Notes under the pieces: model-generated
Databases searched by the model: none
What the model was told of the DNA's origin: nothing
The model's input: the letters and a program-made list of their open reading frames with translations, nothing else
Assembly (NCBI GenBank): GCA_964016885.1
Contig: OZ024742.1
Coordinates: 130,262,001 to 130,326,000 of the forward strand
Direction of reading: 5' to 3'
Source: Eledone cirrhosa
Lineage: Eukaryota
DNA: 64,000 nucleotides
In this document: positions 13,301 through 28,300 of the stretch, one piece after another
Numbering within the stretch: the first letter of the stretch is position 1
How the letters are laid out: each line of letters opens with the position of its first letter
Translations under genes and position numbers: made by a program

Positions 13301-16300
13301 CGTAAGGATGAAAGGCAAAGTTAACCTTGGCGGGATTTGAACTCAGACCGTAACTATGCTGCAAAGCACGGCGTTCATCCCTCTACCAATACTGCCAATC
13401 CACTCTCTCTCTTTACACTCAGCTATATTATACAGTCAATAAATTAGCAGTTATTAGAGTATCAGTTGCAATGTTGTGGTATTTGTCCCCCTTTTACTTT
13501 TCATCCCTTCAAGAATCAATAAGAGTACCAGTAAAATACTGAGTGTTCATTCTTTTCTCTACTTCTTCTCAGACTTGAATATGTTGGACTATGAGAGCTT
13601 CATCAGATCCTAAACTAACAAAATATCCCTTAAAATGGCGAAGAACTACTCACACTCACAGCTTTGGCAGTTGCAGACAATATATGTATACAAAAGACAG
13701 CCATTATTACATAAATATTTTCAATTAGTAAAAGTGCTACTGCTGGTGTGATGAAAAAGTGCACCCATTACACTCTGTAAAATGATAGTGCTGATGCCCT
13801 AATATAAACACCTAGTTACACACTTTAAAGTGGTTAGCATTGGGAAGGGCATCCAGCCATAGAAACAATGCCAAAATATGGAACATAAGCAATACATTGT
13901 CCCTAGACCTGTCTAGTCACACAGTGACAAGACACCCAACCATTTGCCAGTATTTTAAGCAAACAAAACGATGACAATCCTTAATCATAATTTTACTTAA
14001 AAACATTTTGTTAAATACCAGCTTAACCCTTTAGCATTTGCATTAATTTTCAAATGTCATGCTTATCTGTTCGCATTATTTTGAGTTAATCATACTCAAG
14101 AGGGTTATCAATTTTATTTGTTTGTAATTTTCTTAATTTTCTATGTGCAGACTTGAAATTTTGTCAGATGTTTAAATATCAATAATTTACAATTATATAA
14201 TTTTTACCTGATTTTTTTGGTTAAATTTGACTTTTATGGGCAGGTGAAATTAATTAATAGGGGCATTTGAAGTATCAACCAGGTGCAAATACTGGTTTAA
14301 TTTTAAATACGTTGTTTTCGGCATAATACTTGATATATAAGGATCACTAAACCTTATATCAGTTCTCCAGTAATTCCACAGTATTGGAAATTGTTTTATA
14401 CCGAACATATTTACGGTAAAAAATGCTTGCATTTCCGCAGCATCTGTCGGTCACCAAACAGATCGGGTTTTCCTCAATTTGAAGTCTGTTGTTGGGCATA
14501 TCGATTAATCTCTTCTGCCACAACTTCAAAGAAAGTTTGTAGTAAAAACAAAAAGAAATAATCCAGTGCTTTAGCATCGGGAGCTAATGTGTGTTGTGGA
14601 CCAGTATTTTGAATAAAATCGGGAACATATATTGGTGTGGTATTTTTCAACCATATTGCTGTAATATTTTCAATGGCGTCCTGGAGATCTTCATTTTCAC
14701 TTTCAAAGCAACAATCATCGTCGGATGAAATTTCAGAAATGTAAACATCTGATTCATTTGAAGATAAATCACTAATATTATCTTTTTCTTGTTCATTCTG
14801 AATGTCGTTGTGTGTAAAACCTTCAAAGTCAGTATCGCTACTTTCAAAAGCCATGTTGATACACAAAAAATCTGTTCTACTTTCAACGTTAAAAAAACAC
14901 GTTGTTTTAAGTTGTTTCACTATATTAAGTGTTAATTTTCGTGGTAAGGGCCTAATCTCGAATTGACAAGATTTTGATGATGGTTCGTTTATTTTTAAAA
15001 CGATGTTTTAGAGTGGGTGTTATCGGCCGGTTTGAACACTAAAGGGTTAAATAATTGTTTCTACATTAGGCACGAGGCCAACAATTTGAAGGGAAGGAGA
15101 AAGTCAATTAAATCACCCCTAATGGTGATTTATTTTATCGACCCCATAAAGTAACGACAAAGCTAAACTCAAGAAGAGTTAAAATCGGAATGTAAAGGGA
15201 TGTAACTATATGCTGCAAAGCATGTCCAACGCTCTACTGATACTGCCATTTCACTCCCCTATTAATAATAAAACGTCTCACCTCATCTGGTGCAGTGTAT
15301 TCAACAATTTCTGTACACAAATTACTGCATTTTATTGTCCCAAGGTTTTGCTGATTGCTCTTGCGGTTGCAAGAGTCCTTATATAACATGTAAGGAGTAC
15401 CAGTTTCTGTCTGAGATTCAATTACTGCATACCACACTTGCTGAGCTTTTAGCGTTTTTTTACCTTTACCTGCTTTTTCATAACTGAAAAATAAATATTA
15501 TTAAAAGGAAACAATTTAAGAAGAAACACAGGTGAAAATAGTAAAGAATCTACAACTGGTAAACTTTTTTGATGGCAAACCACTTAAAAACCACCCCAGC
15601 TTCTATTATATAAAACTTCCCATTATAATTTTAGAAAAGAGCTTTTAAGTTATGCTGCAAATACCAGTTTAATAATGATTTCTAATTTAGGCATAAGGCC
15701 ATTAATTTGGGAGTTGAGAGAGGAAAGTCAAATTAAATCTCCCTGAGTACTTGACTGATACTTGTTTTTTTAAAGAAATAACTATTTCATTAGAATAAAT
15801 GTTATGTCATTCATAAAACTGACTAAACTTTAGCTGATTTGTTGATTTAGTTAATTGAAACGTCTGTAAGACAAACACAACTATTTAGTACTTCTTACAG
15901 TTGAAAGAAAAAAAAAAAAAAAGATAATTCCAAACAAAAACAAATAGATAAATTTTAGAAAAAGAAAACAAATAAAAGTTGTTTGGTGGTGGGGAGTGAA
16001 GTGACAAAGAAAAAAATTGAAATGTCAATACAATGCTAAAGAACATAGCTTCATACTTACCAAAATTTCTATTTTTGCCCCACCAGCCTACTCCCACAAC
16101 TCAACCTAAATATCATAATATAAAACCTTGCAGTTCAACTGTGTAATGTTAGCAGACATCTCAAAGATTGTCAGTTCAATGTTTCTTATAAAATAAATAC
16201 TGTATTTTAAGTAACTAATGAAGATTTTGGATGGATTTCATCATCACTGTTTTATGTCCATTTTCCATACTAGCATGGGTTAGACCAGGCATGTCAAACT

Positions 16301-19300
16301 GAGGGTCCCTGAGGGCCACATATGTGTTGTCTGAGATCCACACGTGACAACTAATTGCAGACATTATAATTAACATGGCAGTGGATTGGCAGTATCAGTA
16401 GAGGATCGGACGCCATGCTTTGAAGCATAGAGTTACGTCCCTTTACGATCTGAGTTCAAAATCCCGCCGAGGTTGACTTTGCCTTTCATCCTTACGGGGT
16501 CGATAAAATAAAGTACCAGTAATGCACTGGGTAATTGCTGGCCTTGTGCCTAAAGTAGAAACAATTATAATTAACATATTTTTTTTATATTACGTTCGTG
16601 CTGTAAAAACCTTTGTGCGAGGTCAGGTGTGCTTGTAAAGGGCCACATGTTTGACATGCCCGGGTTAGATGATTTATCAAAATTATTAATTATTTCATTA
16701 AGATGGTACTTGCAAATATAACCTATTAAAAGTTTGTCAAATTATGTTGGAAGATTTTGATTTAACCTTTTCGCATTTACTTTATATTTACTATTGTATT
16801 TTCAAGGTAAACACTTTATTTTACATAATTATCTATCATAGTATCGAATCTACAAGATTTTGATATTTATTTTGAGAACGATACCTTAACATAAGTATGA
16901 ACAGCCGGTTATGGCCGGTTTGAACAGAAAGAGGTGAGAGAATTCTGACTGGATACGGCCGGTTTAAATGCTAAAAGGTTAAATAGCAACGCTTAAAAAT
17001 GGAGCTTTGTTACATAGAATGAGAGTTTTAGGGCTGGTCGGTACCAAAAGAGTAATCAATTGAACATTTGATTAAGTTGCAGAGTACTCCTAAGATGTGT
17101 ACTTTTGGCAAAATTCTCAAGCCAATTCAGCCTGACATGACAGAAGGCTGGAGATTCTAATTACATATAACATTTATCTGACAGGATTCTACACATTTAT
17201 CCAACAGATTATCTTCAACCTCATTTCACAAGGCTTAGGTTGATCCAAGGTTATAGTAAAAGACACACTTGCCCAAGATGACACGCAGCCAGATCAAATA
17301 CAGGACCTCATCATGATTACGAACCAATTTTCTCAACCACTCAGCTATGGCTGTCGACAGGGTGACTGAAACCAATACACTAATAATCAATCCTGTAAAC
17401 ATAGAGGCCACTGCTAGAAACAGCACCCAAATCGGCCTGATATCAAATCCGATCATCTTAAAATACAGGATACATTGGATAATGTAACCCAAGATCTCAA
17501 ATCCCACCCTGGTTGACCTCCACTGCTTCCTATCTCTGGCCATATTGGAAGAGCAACACCTAGATTTGACAGCAGACAGGAGTGAAGGACATAACCAAGC
17601 CCATCAAGAAGGACAAACATGAATGAGCTAACCACGTCTTTCATCGCAGACACAACAAGTGGACTATTAGAGCGACAGAGTGGACATCAAGGCAGTGGAG
17701 AAGAACCAAAGGGCGACGAAAGCCCTAGAAACACAGGCTGAAAAAACTATATGGTCACAGCTAGAAAGCTTTTGTTTGTAGATCTCCTCAGCTAGGGGTG
17801 ACCCCTGGAGCTCTACAGCAATTGCAACACCAAATATTTTGTCTAGTCATTTACAAAGGACAGAGAGGATAAAAAAAATTTACCTGATATACAGTTCATC
17901 AAACTCTTTTCCCCATACATCAGCGAGTCCTGGGCATTCATTGGGACACATAAGAGTCCAGTCACCATTTTGCTCAACTCGTTCCATGAATAAATCAGGA
18001 ATCCAGAGTGCGTAGAACAAGTCTCTTGCTCGTTGTTCATCCTTTCCAGTATTCTTTTTGCAGTCAAGGAAGTCAAAGATGTCTGCATGCCAGGGCTCCA
18101 AGTATATAGCAAAAGCTCCAGGACGCTAGAGGGAGATAATTTTGTTATAATAATCTCATATCTAACATAAGCACAAAGGCGGCAAATTGGCAGAGTTGTA
18201 GAATGTCAGATAGAATGCTTTGAAGTATTTGTTTTGACTTTCATTCATTCGTAGTCAATAAAAAAAAACTATCAGTCAAGTACTGCGGTCCATCCTTTCT
18301 CTATATCCCTTTCTTATTTACTCTCCACCACTCTCATCTGTTATGTTCAGACCTGGAATGCCCTAGAAACACTATGTTAATATGGCACCCATATGATTAA
18401 ATCAGGACTCCCACACAAACACAAGGTTAAAAATTTGGAAAGGGGTGAAAGTAATGAGTTAGTCAGTTGAATTGACCTTGAAAAGACAAGCAATAAAATA
18501 ATTGTTTCTACTTTCGGCACAAGGCCAGCAATTACCCAGTGTGTTTCTGGTACTTTATTTTATCGACCCCGTAAGGATGAAAGGCAAAGTTAACCTCGGC
18601 GGGATTTGAACTCAGAATGGCAAGGGCCGTAACTCTATGCGTCAAAGCATAGCGTCCGACCCTCTACCGACACTGCCAATGTTGGGGGAAGGGAAAGTTG
18701 ATTAAATCAACCCCAGTGCGTTACTGGTACTTTATTTTGTTTGATCCCGTAAGGATGAAAGGTAAAGCTAACTTCAGTGAAATTTGAACTCAGAAATGCT
18801 TTAGCTTGTGGGAAGTTGGGTCTTCTGTATTACTGTTATAATAATATTTCTAACATAAGCACAAGGTGAAATTTAGAATAATAAAATAATGGTTTCTGAT
18901 TTAGGCATGTGCTAAGGTCAGCAATTTCTTATACTTTAGCACACTGAAATTTTTATGAATTGTTTCCCTTGACACTGTATTATGTTTTATGTATTATGTA
19001 TTATGTATTATGGGGAGGTTACTCTATTGGCGTCATGAAGTGCCTAGAGCACGCTGAAGATTAAAGTCTTTAAAAAAAAAAAAAAAGACAAAATTGGTTA
19101 GTGTAACCCTACATACCATAAAGATGTTGCCCAGGGCTGGATGGAACACATTTCAATATAAGAATCTGGGGCAACACAACTACAAAATTGTTATTTTATA
19201 AACATTTCTAAATGCTTATTTTAGATGTCAGGATAGAGATCAATACATACCTTGTTACCACCTTGGTCAACATATCTAGCAGTGTTGTTGAAAACTCTCA

Positions 19301-22300
19301 ACATGGGGAGCAAACCATTAGAGTTACCATTTGTCTAATAAAAATTAAAGAAAAAGAAATATACTTCCAATTTTTTTTTATACAGATATATTATTTTTAA
19401 TCATCCCCACCACCAGTTTAATATTTTTCATCATTATCACCACTAGCATTCAATATCTTGCATGGGTTAAACAGGCTATCATGTTGAGACAAGTCAAGTC
19501 AGGTGACCATGTCGTGCTCACATGGAATGTTCTGGCTTGGTTTCTATAGCTGGACGCCCTTCCTAACACCAATCACATATTGTAGACTGGGTGTGTTGTT
19601 TTTCATTGTAGCACAAGCATGGCCATCTACAAGATGGACTGAGTGCTTTTTTATTGTGTCACCAGCATGACTGCCTACCTTACAGGGCAGACTGGGTGTT
19701 TTTGTCATGTCACCAGCATGCACACACACATATATATATATATATGTTGGTACCACCATGAAAATCTCAGTCCACCTTGTTTTACAGTTGGACACCCTTC
19801 TTGATGCCAACAATTTTACTTGCCACATACAAAATGCAGAGACATGAACTTCTAAAAACCTGTATACACACAAACATAAAACAGAGCTACTAATCTGAGC
19901 AATCAGAATCTAACTGTTGTTTATTTTCTATCAGCACCATTACTACTGCTAACTACTACCATCATCATAGATTTTGCTCAAGTAGAATTGTTCATATTAA
20001 AACAAAACCAGTAACCTTATGCTGGAGATAGATACGATTGTTACTACTTGCTTTAATTTTTTTTTATCTAAATCGATAAGATCCCACATCTCATTCACTT
20101 ACCGAGCGATGTAGAACTCGTCAGATCGGACCATGGAAACAATGTTTCCATTGGTCTTTCCAATTGCTAATGCTGTCTACTGGTTGCAACATGAAATAAA
20201 GTGTCTTGCTCAAGGACTAACGCATTGCCCGGTCCAGGAATTGAAATCACCTCACAATTGTGAATCCAACTCTAACCACTAAGCCATAATTAAAGACATT
20301 GTCATTTTATTTTATATTTGTTTGTGCTATGTTGACATGGGTTGTCCAGGTTAGTATTTACTTGTAGTTTTCTTGATTTATCAGGCAATTACATCTTGTT
20401 CATACAATGCTATTTTGGCAGGTTTTACAGCTGAATGGAACCCTTCCCAACACCAACTTTACAGAATGTAGTGGGTGAATTTTTCATGGCACCACCACTA
20501 CGCGACTGAAGAGTTCTCTCTACCCCATGTTGTTACCATTTGATAGTCAAGCACTTTACAGTGTATTGAATGCATCTTATTGTGGTAAAAACAGTAGAGT
20601 CCTCTCTACCCTTTATTGTTACCATTTGTCAACTACATCTAGATGGAAAAAGTTACCTAATGAAGTAAAAACAAAAAAAAAAAGTCTAAAGTCTGTCTCA
20701 GCTGAATATACTGGAGCAACATGAAATGAAGTGTTTTGGTCAAGAACACAACACATGACCCATCTCAGGAGTCGAACCCACGTCGTACCAGTAATGCACT
20801 GGGTGATTGCTGGCCTTGTGCCTAAAGTAGAAACAATTATGATTGTAGATCTAACACCCTTACCTAGTGGCCACATGCACATAACTTTAAAAATAAATAG
20901 GATAGATAAGATTATCAGAAGATTGTTGGATTTTTAAGCCTTCTAAACAAACAGTACAAATATTGCATAGATGTAGAAAGAGAACATACCCCAGCAATGT
21001 AACTGCCAAAACTGCGAATGTTATGTACATGAACACCAATTCCACCAGCGTTCTTAGAAATGAGTGCACACTGCTTCAGGGTATCATATATACCTTCTAT
21101 ACTATCAGACTGCATTGCCAAGAGAAAACAGCTGAAAGAAAGCAATAATTATAATAACATCTAGTGCCAAAATTATCTTAAAGACAGCATTAGGGTAGTA
21201 ACATCGGTATCGATTGAATGTGTTCACTATGGAAGTTGTCATGTTTCCTACAACTGGATGCCCTTATCACTAACTACTTTGCAGAGTGTCTTGGGTGCAT
21301 CACCAACAGCGAGGTTGTTGTGGTCTTAACACCACTGAAGAGGCCTCTTACTTCTTATGACCTATCACCTTACAGAGTGTACTGCATGAACTTTTCGTGA
21401 CACCGGTTCTAGTGATGTGTCTAATGGACGGCTCCTCTCAACACTATATGGAAAGGTTTCTACAACTGGAAGTCCTAACACCAATCACATTACAAGATGT
21501 ACTGGGTGTGCTTTATTGTGGCACAAACACTAAGGAGATTGTCAGCCATTGATTTGACTGAAGGGCCTTCTCTTTGGGTTGGATAAAGTATAATCCATAA
21601 ACATAGATTTGATAAACTTTGAAGCAACCAAATATCATATATAAAAGGATCACTCTACAAGTTCCCAGACCTCATTCACTTACCAAGTGAGGTGGAGCTC
21701 ATCAAATCGAACCATGGAAACAATATTTCCATTGGTCTTTTTATTACTGATACTATCTACGATTCGCAACATGAAATAGTGTCTTGCTCAAGGAGCATGA
21801 CACATTGCCTGGTCCAGGAATCAAACTCGCAACCTCACGATTGCGAATCTAATTCTCTAACCTCAAAGCCACGTGCCTTCACTTTTTCATTATGCTTGTA
21901 AAACAATGGTTATGTATAAGTGACAATAACAAAGAACCCAATGGGCTATTTACTCATACAGCACCATGAAAGAATGATCAACTTACCTAGACATCTGAGG
22001 GCGCATTGTGCCTGAATTGAAGAGTGTTGGAGAGGCATGTGTGAACCACTTCTCGGACATTAAGTTGTATGACTGAATGAAAAATAAAAAATGAATTAGT
22101 GAAGGTTTTATTAATCCCAGCACAAAACAAGGTGAATTTTACATCATACATTATGTAAACAACAGTATTGTCATTAATTATAGATTTTCAATAAGCTAAT
22201 CATTGGATTTTCCACTAGCAACAGTGACAAGAGTGTCTGTGCAACTGTGTAGGTGACTGACTAACAACAATACGTGCTTTCTTTACTACCTACCCTTTTC

Positions 22301-25300
22301 CTATTCTCTATCTCCCTATTTCTTCTCTCTTTTCAATCTTCCGATGTAGGATCAGAATCCAAAACATTAAGACGTTTCCTACCTATATATGTGTGTGTGT
22401 TGTATTGTCAGTGACTTGACTTAAAAACCTAGCCAGGATCCGGCTGATGGAAACTCCTTTTCCACATCTTTAAAGGCTATTCACTTTATTATATATTAAT
22501 ACACACACGTATGTGTTAAACTAGTATATCATCATTGTATGGTATTGTGCGCCTGCGTCATTTTTCCTTATACATTTGAAAGTTCTTTAGACTCTTCATT
22601 AGACAGGTATCGGTTCTCAGCTAGTTAGGTATCTGCTACACTTTCCATTCAGTTATGTCTGAAACCCAGCCAGATGATTATTCAAAAGTGCTCACTAGAT
22701 TTTAGAACGGAACTTGAAAAGAAGCCATACCTCTAAAGCAGCAGTTATATCATCTTGATGGATGCCAACAGCTACCCGCATCAACATGTGTTGTGGACGT
22801 TCACCAACTAAAAATACACAAAATGAAAAAATCTGTCAAAACTGCATCATTGAATTATAAGAGTAGTATGGTCAACAACTTGACGATGTGTGCGTGTGTA
22901 TTCGTCATCGAACTGACAGATACTCCATTTGTTTGAACAGCCTGCTCAAGAGATTTACCTGTAAGTAGCTGAGCATTCCACATTCACACTGTACTCTTAG
23001 GGAGATTCAGCATAACAGTGTGTGACAAGACTGGCTGTTTGGATTACAAGTAAAACTTATTCTTACCAGTTGAGTGGACACATCATATAACATCCACTTT
23101 CCTTGCTAGAAAGACTGAGTTAGTACTAAAGCAGGGCTACTGACCTCTCAGACAGGCTGGGGTTACACATCTCACATACAGTTCCACATTCTACTGAGTG
23201 CATTTTATGATACCAGCACTAGAGAGATCATCGTGTCTTTAACACAACAGGAGAATCCTCCCAACTCTTTCTTTGAAAAACGTTTTATAGCTGGATGCCC
23301 TTCCTATCACCAACCACTTTACAGTCTTTGAGTCTCTCTCTATATATGTATATAGCATATCCCAGACAGATACAAGCCATATCTTTATTTCATTTGTTAC
23401 CATAGAAAGACAATTCAGAAAACAAGCAAAATAAATACCTTTCTCATTAATTTTCAGAAGGTATGAACGTTCCAAAGTCTGACAAAGAAAAATATTTTTT
23501 AAAAAGTCAAAATGTATCTTAAGACTGCAACAAAATATAGTAAGAAGCGACAACAAACAGTCCTAAATTAAAACCAGACTTTTGCAAAGGATACACAAAC
23601 ATTTTTTGTTTTGATTTTACTGTTGTTTGCAGAGAAAACAGATGTTAAATGACAACGATGAAGATATCCATTTTTCCATGCTATCATGGGCAGGACATTT
23701 TTGAAATAGTATATTCTACAGCTGGATGTACTTCCAGGCACAAACATTTTACTATTTTATTTTAAGTACTGATCTTCCCGCTTCAAACCACTGAACTGTG
23801 GCAGTTATGTGGTACACAAACATCAGCATTAAAGGTGTTAACTCTTTAGCATTTAAACTGGCCAGAATTTTCTCACCCTTTTCTGTTCAAACCGGCTGTA
23901 ACCGGTCGTTCATACCTATGTTAACATATTGTTCTCAAAATAAACAATATTAAAATCTCATAGATTCGGTATTATGTGAAAGAAAGTATTTACCATGAAA
24001 ATACAATAGTATATATAGAGTAATGTAAATGCTAAAGGGTTAAATATTAAGTAAAGAAGCATACACACACATACATTCCTTAATTCATAAGCTACAAATG
24101 GCCACGATATTTAGAATCTTCAAAATCTGTGTAACATTCCTACAATTGAAAGATGAAGACTTACACAAGAGACAATAATTTCCTTTTCCCCACAACCATG
24201 TCACTGTGAAGGTGACCAGTCAAAAATAAACTCCAAATTAAGAGAAAGATAGAACAGATACATACATACATACATACACACACACATACATACATACATT
24301 ATAGCATCTACTAAATTCATCCACAATACATTGATCAGCTGCTGGCTCTACAAGGTACCGCACACTTGAAATAAAACCCAAAATCACATAGTTGCAATAC
24401 AAAACTTTTTAACTTTATTCAAATAATAAAATAGATTTAAAAAAAAATACCTTGAATCCAAAATAATTATATTTGTAATCTCTGTCGTGAATAATTGATG
24501 AATTCAATTTCTGGAAAAGAAAGTGATTTTGTTAACTCTTAACATCATGTAACCACATTCTTAAACGACAAAGTAGCACTGTGACAGCATCACATAAAAA
24601 ATTGAAGTCTTTAATACTGCAAATTTTCACAATGATCTGTCGACTAGTAAATATACTACAAACATTTAAATTAACCATATGGAACCACATTAGAAAGATA
24701 TTCTAGAAAAGTATAAAACAGCAGACTGCTTCACATTAAAAATTGAAGTCTTTACTCTAATACTGCAAATTTTCACATTGATCAACCAGTTCATGAAGAT
24801 ACTATATGCATCTAAATTAATTAGTTTTTAGATACTGTTTGCTAAATCATTGTAGGGTATTAATTTACATTTTACTAACAAGCAACATTTCTCTTTTTGT
24901 ATAGATTCAAAACAATTTTGCAGCATAAATTATTATTTCTATGGCATCTGGTAAATTTTAGCTAATAAGTCAATCAAGAGGCTTTATACTTTTGATTCCA
25001 AACAGCTTGAAACTACCTTTGGTTCTATGATGCCAAGTGCATCAGACATAGTTATGTAAATGTAGACAAAATCATTTAACCCTTTTTATATCAAACTACT
25101 GCTTTTTAATACAAGTATATATAAGGAAGTTAGTCATATTACTAAATTTCTTCAAATTCTTCTTTGCCCACTTATTCCTTGGAGAGTCATGGTGACAGAG
25201 TCCTCAAATATACCTTCCAGCCGGTCCTGTCAAAAGCAACTATCTCTAATTGATCCAGTTGGATCCCCAAACGAGACCAGCCAAGCTCATGATGTTATAC

Positions 25301-28300
25301 AACCATCTTGCTTAGGTCTACCCCTGGCTTTCCTGCCAGTAGGTTTTGCCTGTAAAATCTGTCCTGCAATTCTTTCCAAGACATTCTAACCACATGCCCA
25401 TAATATTGAAGCTGTGATCGCTCAATTCGGAGTAGTGGCTTTACTTGGAGTGATTTCTTGATTGCCAAACTATGCACTCAATTAACTAACATTGCTCCAA
25501 TGACCCTTCGCAATCATATTCTTTTAATCTTTACCCAAGATTCATAACCATAGGTAAGGATTATTGGCACGAACACTGAATTCTTTATATACAAAATTAT
25601 TTGAAAATCATAGGCAATAATTCCAGTTTTCCTTACCTCTTGGTTGGTTTTAATTAACTCAAAAATATGTGGTGCAATTTTGGGGGAATGTTTACCAGTC
25701 CTTGGGTTCACATAGTTGTAAAGATCTTCCATAACATCTACAATACAAAAACAATATTTGTAGTAGTCACAATGAAATGAAAGCATTATATATACATATA
25801 TATGTATCAACACCAATATATCAGTCTACCCTGTAAAGTGGTCGTGCTGATAACACGACAAAAAAGCAGCCAGTCCAACCTTTAAGTGGTTGTGTTGGCG
25901 ACAACTAAAAATCCTCCCTTCCACCTTGTTAGGTGGTTGTGCTGGTGACAACAAAAAAGCACCCAGTCCACATTGTAATGTGGTTCACATTAAGAAGTGT
26001 ATCCAGCTGTAGAAACCAAGCCAGAATAATGTAATCCTTTCTATACCAAATTGCTTGAAACATCTAGTTCTGATATAAAACTGTTTTAAAGTGTTCATAT
26101 TTATCTAAAACCTTCCATCACAATTTTATGTATGAATATTTAAGTTATGTTCCAGAATCTAATATATTAATGAGAAATCTAAATCTCTAATTCTTTATTA
26201 TTTTCAAAATGATTTGAAAATCAGACAATGTCTCATTAGAAATATGATAATAAAAGAGTTTAAAACCTTCCATCAGAATTTTATGACTCCAAATTCTTTA
26301 TTTTCAAAATTATATACAAATTATAAGAAATATGGTAACGAATGTACAAAGATCCTCACCACTGAAAACTTTTTTTGTCTCTTTATGCATGTTTGAGACA
26401 GCAATGCGGGCAGCTAAGATGGCATAGTCAGGGTGCTTGGTCGTCATGGTAGCAGCAGTCTCGGCAGCAAGGTTATCCAACTCTACAGTGGTCACACCAG
26501 CATAAAGGCCATTGATAACCTTCATGGTAATGTGTTCCTGAAATAATTTAGAGAGCAACAAAGTATTAAACAGAATTGATTTTTTCTTTCTGCTCACCCC
26601 AAGCAAAGCAATAATGCCATTAAAATGCAAGAAGACAAGACAGAGAGAATATAACTATATATGAATGGCGAACTCTTCGCTTGTGAAGATTTGTTGTCCT
26701 GTTACATGCGGTGGCTGTAGAAGCCAATCCTGGACCGACAGGCTCTTGTACAGTTGAAGCAAGTGTGTATTTGGTCAGTTAGTGGCTGGGTGGCAGAAAT
26801 ATTTATTCTTTGATGTCTCTCTTCAGCTGCCATCTTCCTGCCCTCCTCAAAGCTGGCTGCAGCTGTTTTGATGGTCGTTCACCATTTCTGTTCACCATTA
26901 AGTTGGTCCTTGAAGCGTTTTCAGGGAGCCTATTGGTTTTGTTTGTCTTGACGTCCAACCCTTGCTAATAGGGAAAGCAGAAATTAAATAATGATGATGG
27001 TGATGATACATGTGCCCTGTATCAATCACCGTTTTACGTCCGTTCTTCCACGCTAGCATGGGTTAGACGGGTTGTCCTGTTGTGGGCAATGTTAGGTCGG
27101 CTGACCATGCCTTGCTCATACAGGAACTGATTCTGGCTTGAATTCTACAGCTGGATGCCCTTCCTAACACCAACCTCATTTACAGTAAGTGCTGGCGCCT
27201 ACACGTCCACTTTACAGTGTGGGCTGGGTGTTTTTTTGCCGTGGCACCTCCACGACCACTTTGCAGTGGAATGATAGGGATCCCAGTCCCTATCATCTCA
27301 TTTCTACAGCTGAGTAAACTGGAGCAAATGTGAAATAAAGTGTCTTGCTCAAGGAAACAACACATCACCCGGTCCGGGAATTGAACTCACAACCGTTCGA
27401 TTTCAAGCCCAATGCTCTAACCACTAAGCCATGCGCCTTCACAATGTTTGTATCAATTGATTATTGAATAATAAAACTATCATGTCTCTTTTCCAGTTCC
27501 AAAGTAAGCGTCTTCGACTCAGAGCTTGATCGAGCATGCCTGGCCTAGGGCTAAACAACATTCTACAGTTAAACATGCATACCCTTGCAAGCAGAGAAAA
27601 GCGGACGTATGATGATGATGATGATGAATGATGATGATGATGATGATGATGAATGATGATGCTGATACGCATATAACATAATGATACTTGTTTCAAGGGA
27701 GGTAATTCGTTCTAATCTAATTAAATTTCGTAAAACTGCTGCTGATATTTAATATTAAAGGACGATGACCAAGATTTGTAGAGCAATTAAATGAGGGAGT
27801 GTTCACAAAGTTATAGCGACCTTATTACAACTGATAATCGAAAGCAGATCACGAACATTGTCTTTATCATTAGAACAGTGTGGTAAGCAGTAGCTGTATA
27901 AACTGGACAGTATTTTATGCCGTTTAAGGCCCCATGCCCTCTCGATATGATTTTCGTTTCATTTTATTGCATTGTGTTGGAAAATGAAACTAAAAAGAAA
28001 TATGACGGAATTGCATATGTAAATACAACGCATTCGAAATCAAAACTAAACGAATATCATCTATTTTGGCGATATAAATACATATAAGCCCTAATAACGA
28101 AATATCTTATGACAATTAACAAAATATATTATATCAGAGGCTTAATTAAAAGCGTTTAGGGATTCGAAAACTCAATTATTGCCGAATTTATAAATTATAA
28201 CTTTCCTTTTAAATATTTAAAGCCGAAAAATGCTTTTATCAGAAAGTATCATAACTTTCTAGAGTCTACTATACTCTCAAAACTAACTTGTAGGGTGTAT

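Noticed and set aside
27340-27437. Extra tRNA genes (also near 20220-20287, 21800-21878, 42270-42330, 57893-57960)
   Set aside because: A and B boxes are present but there is no complete cloverleaf; these are SINE heads
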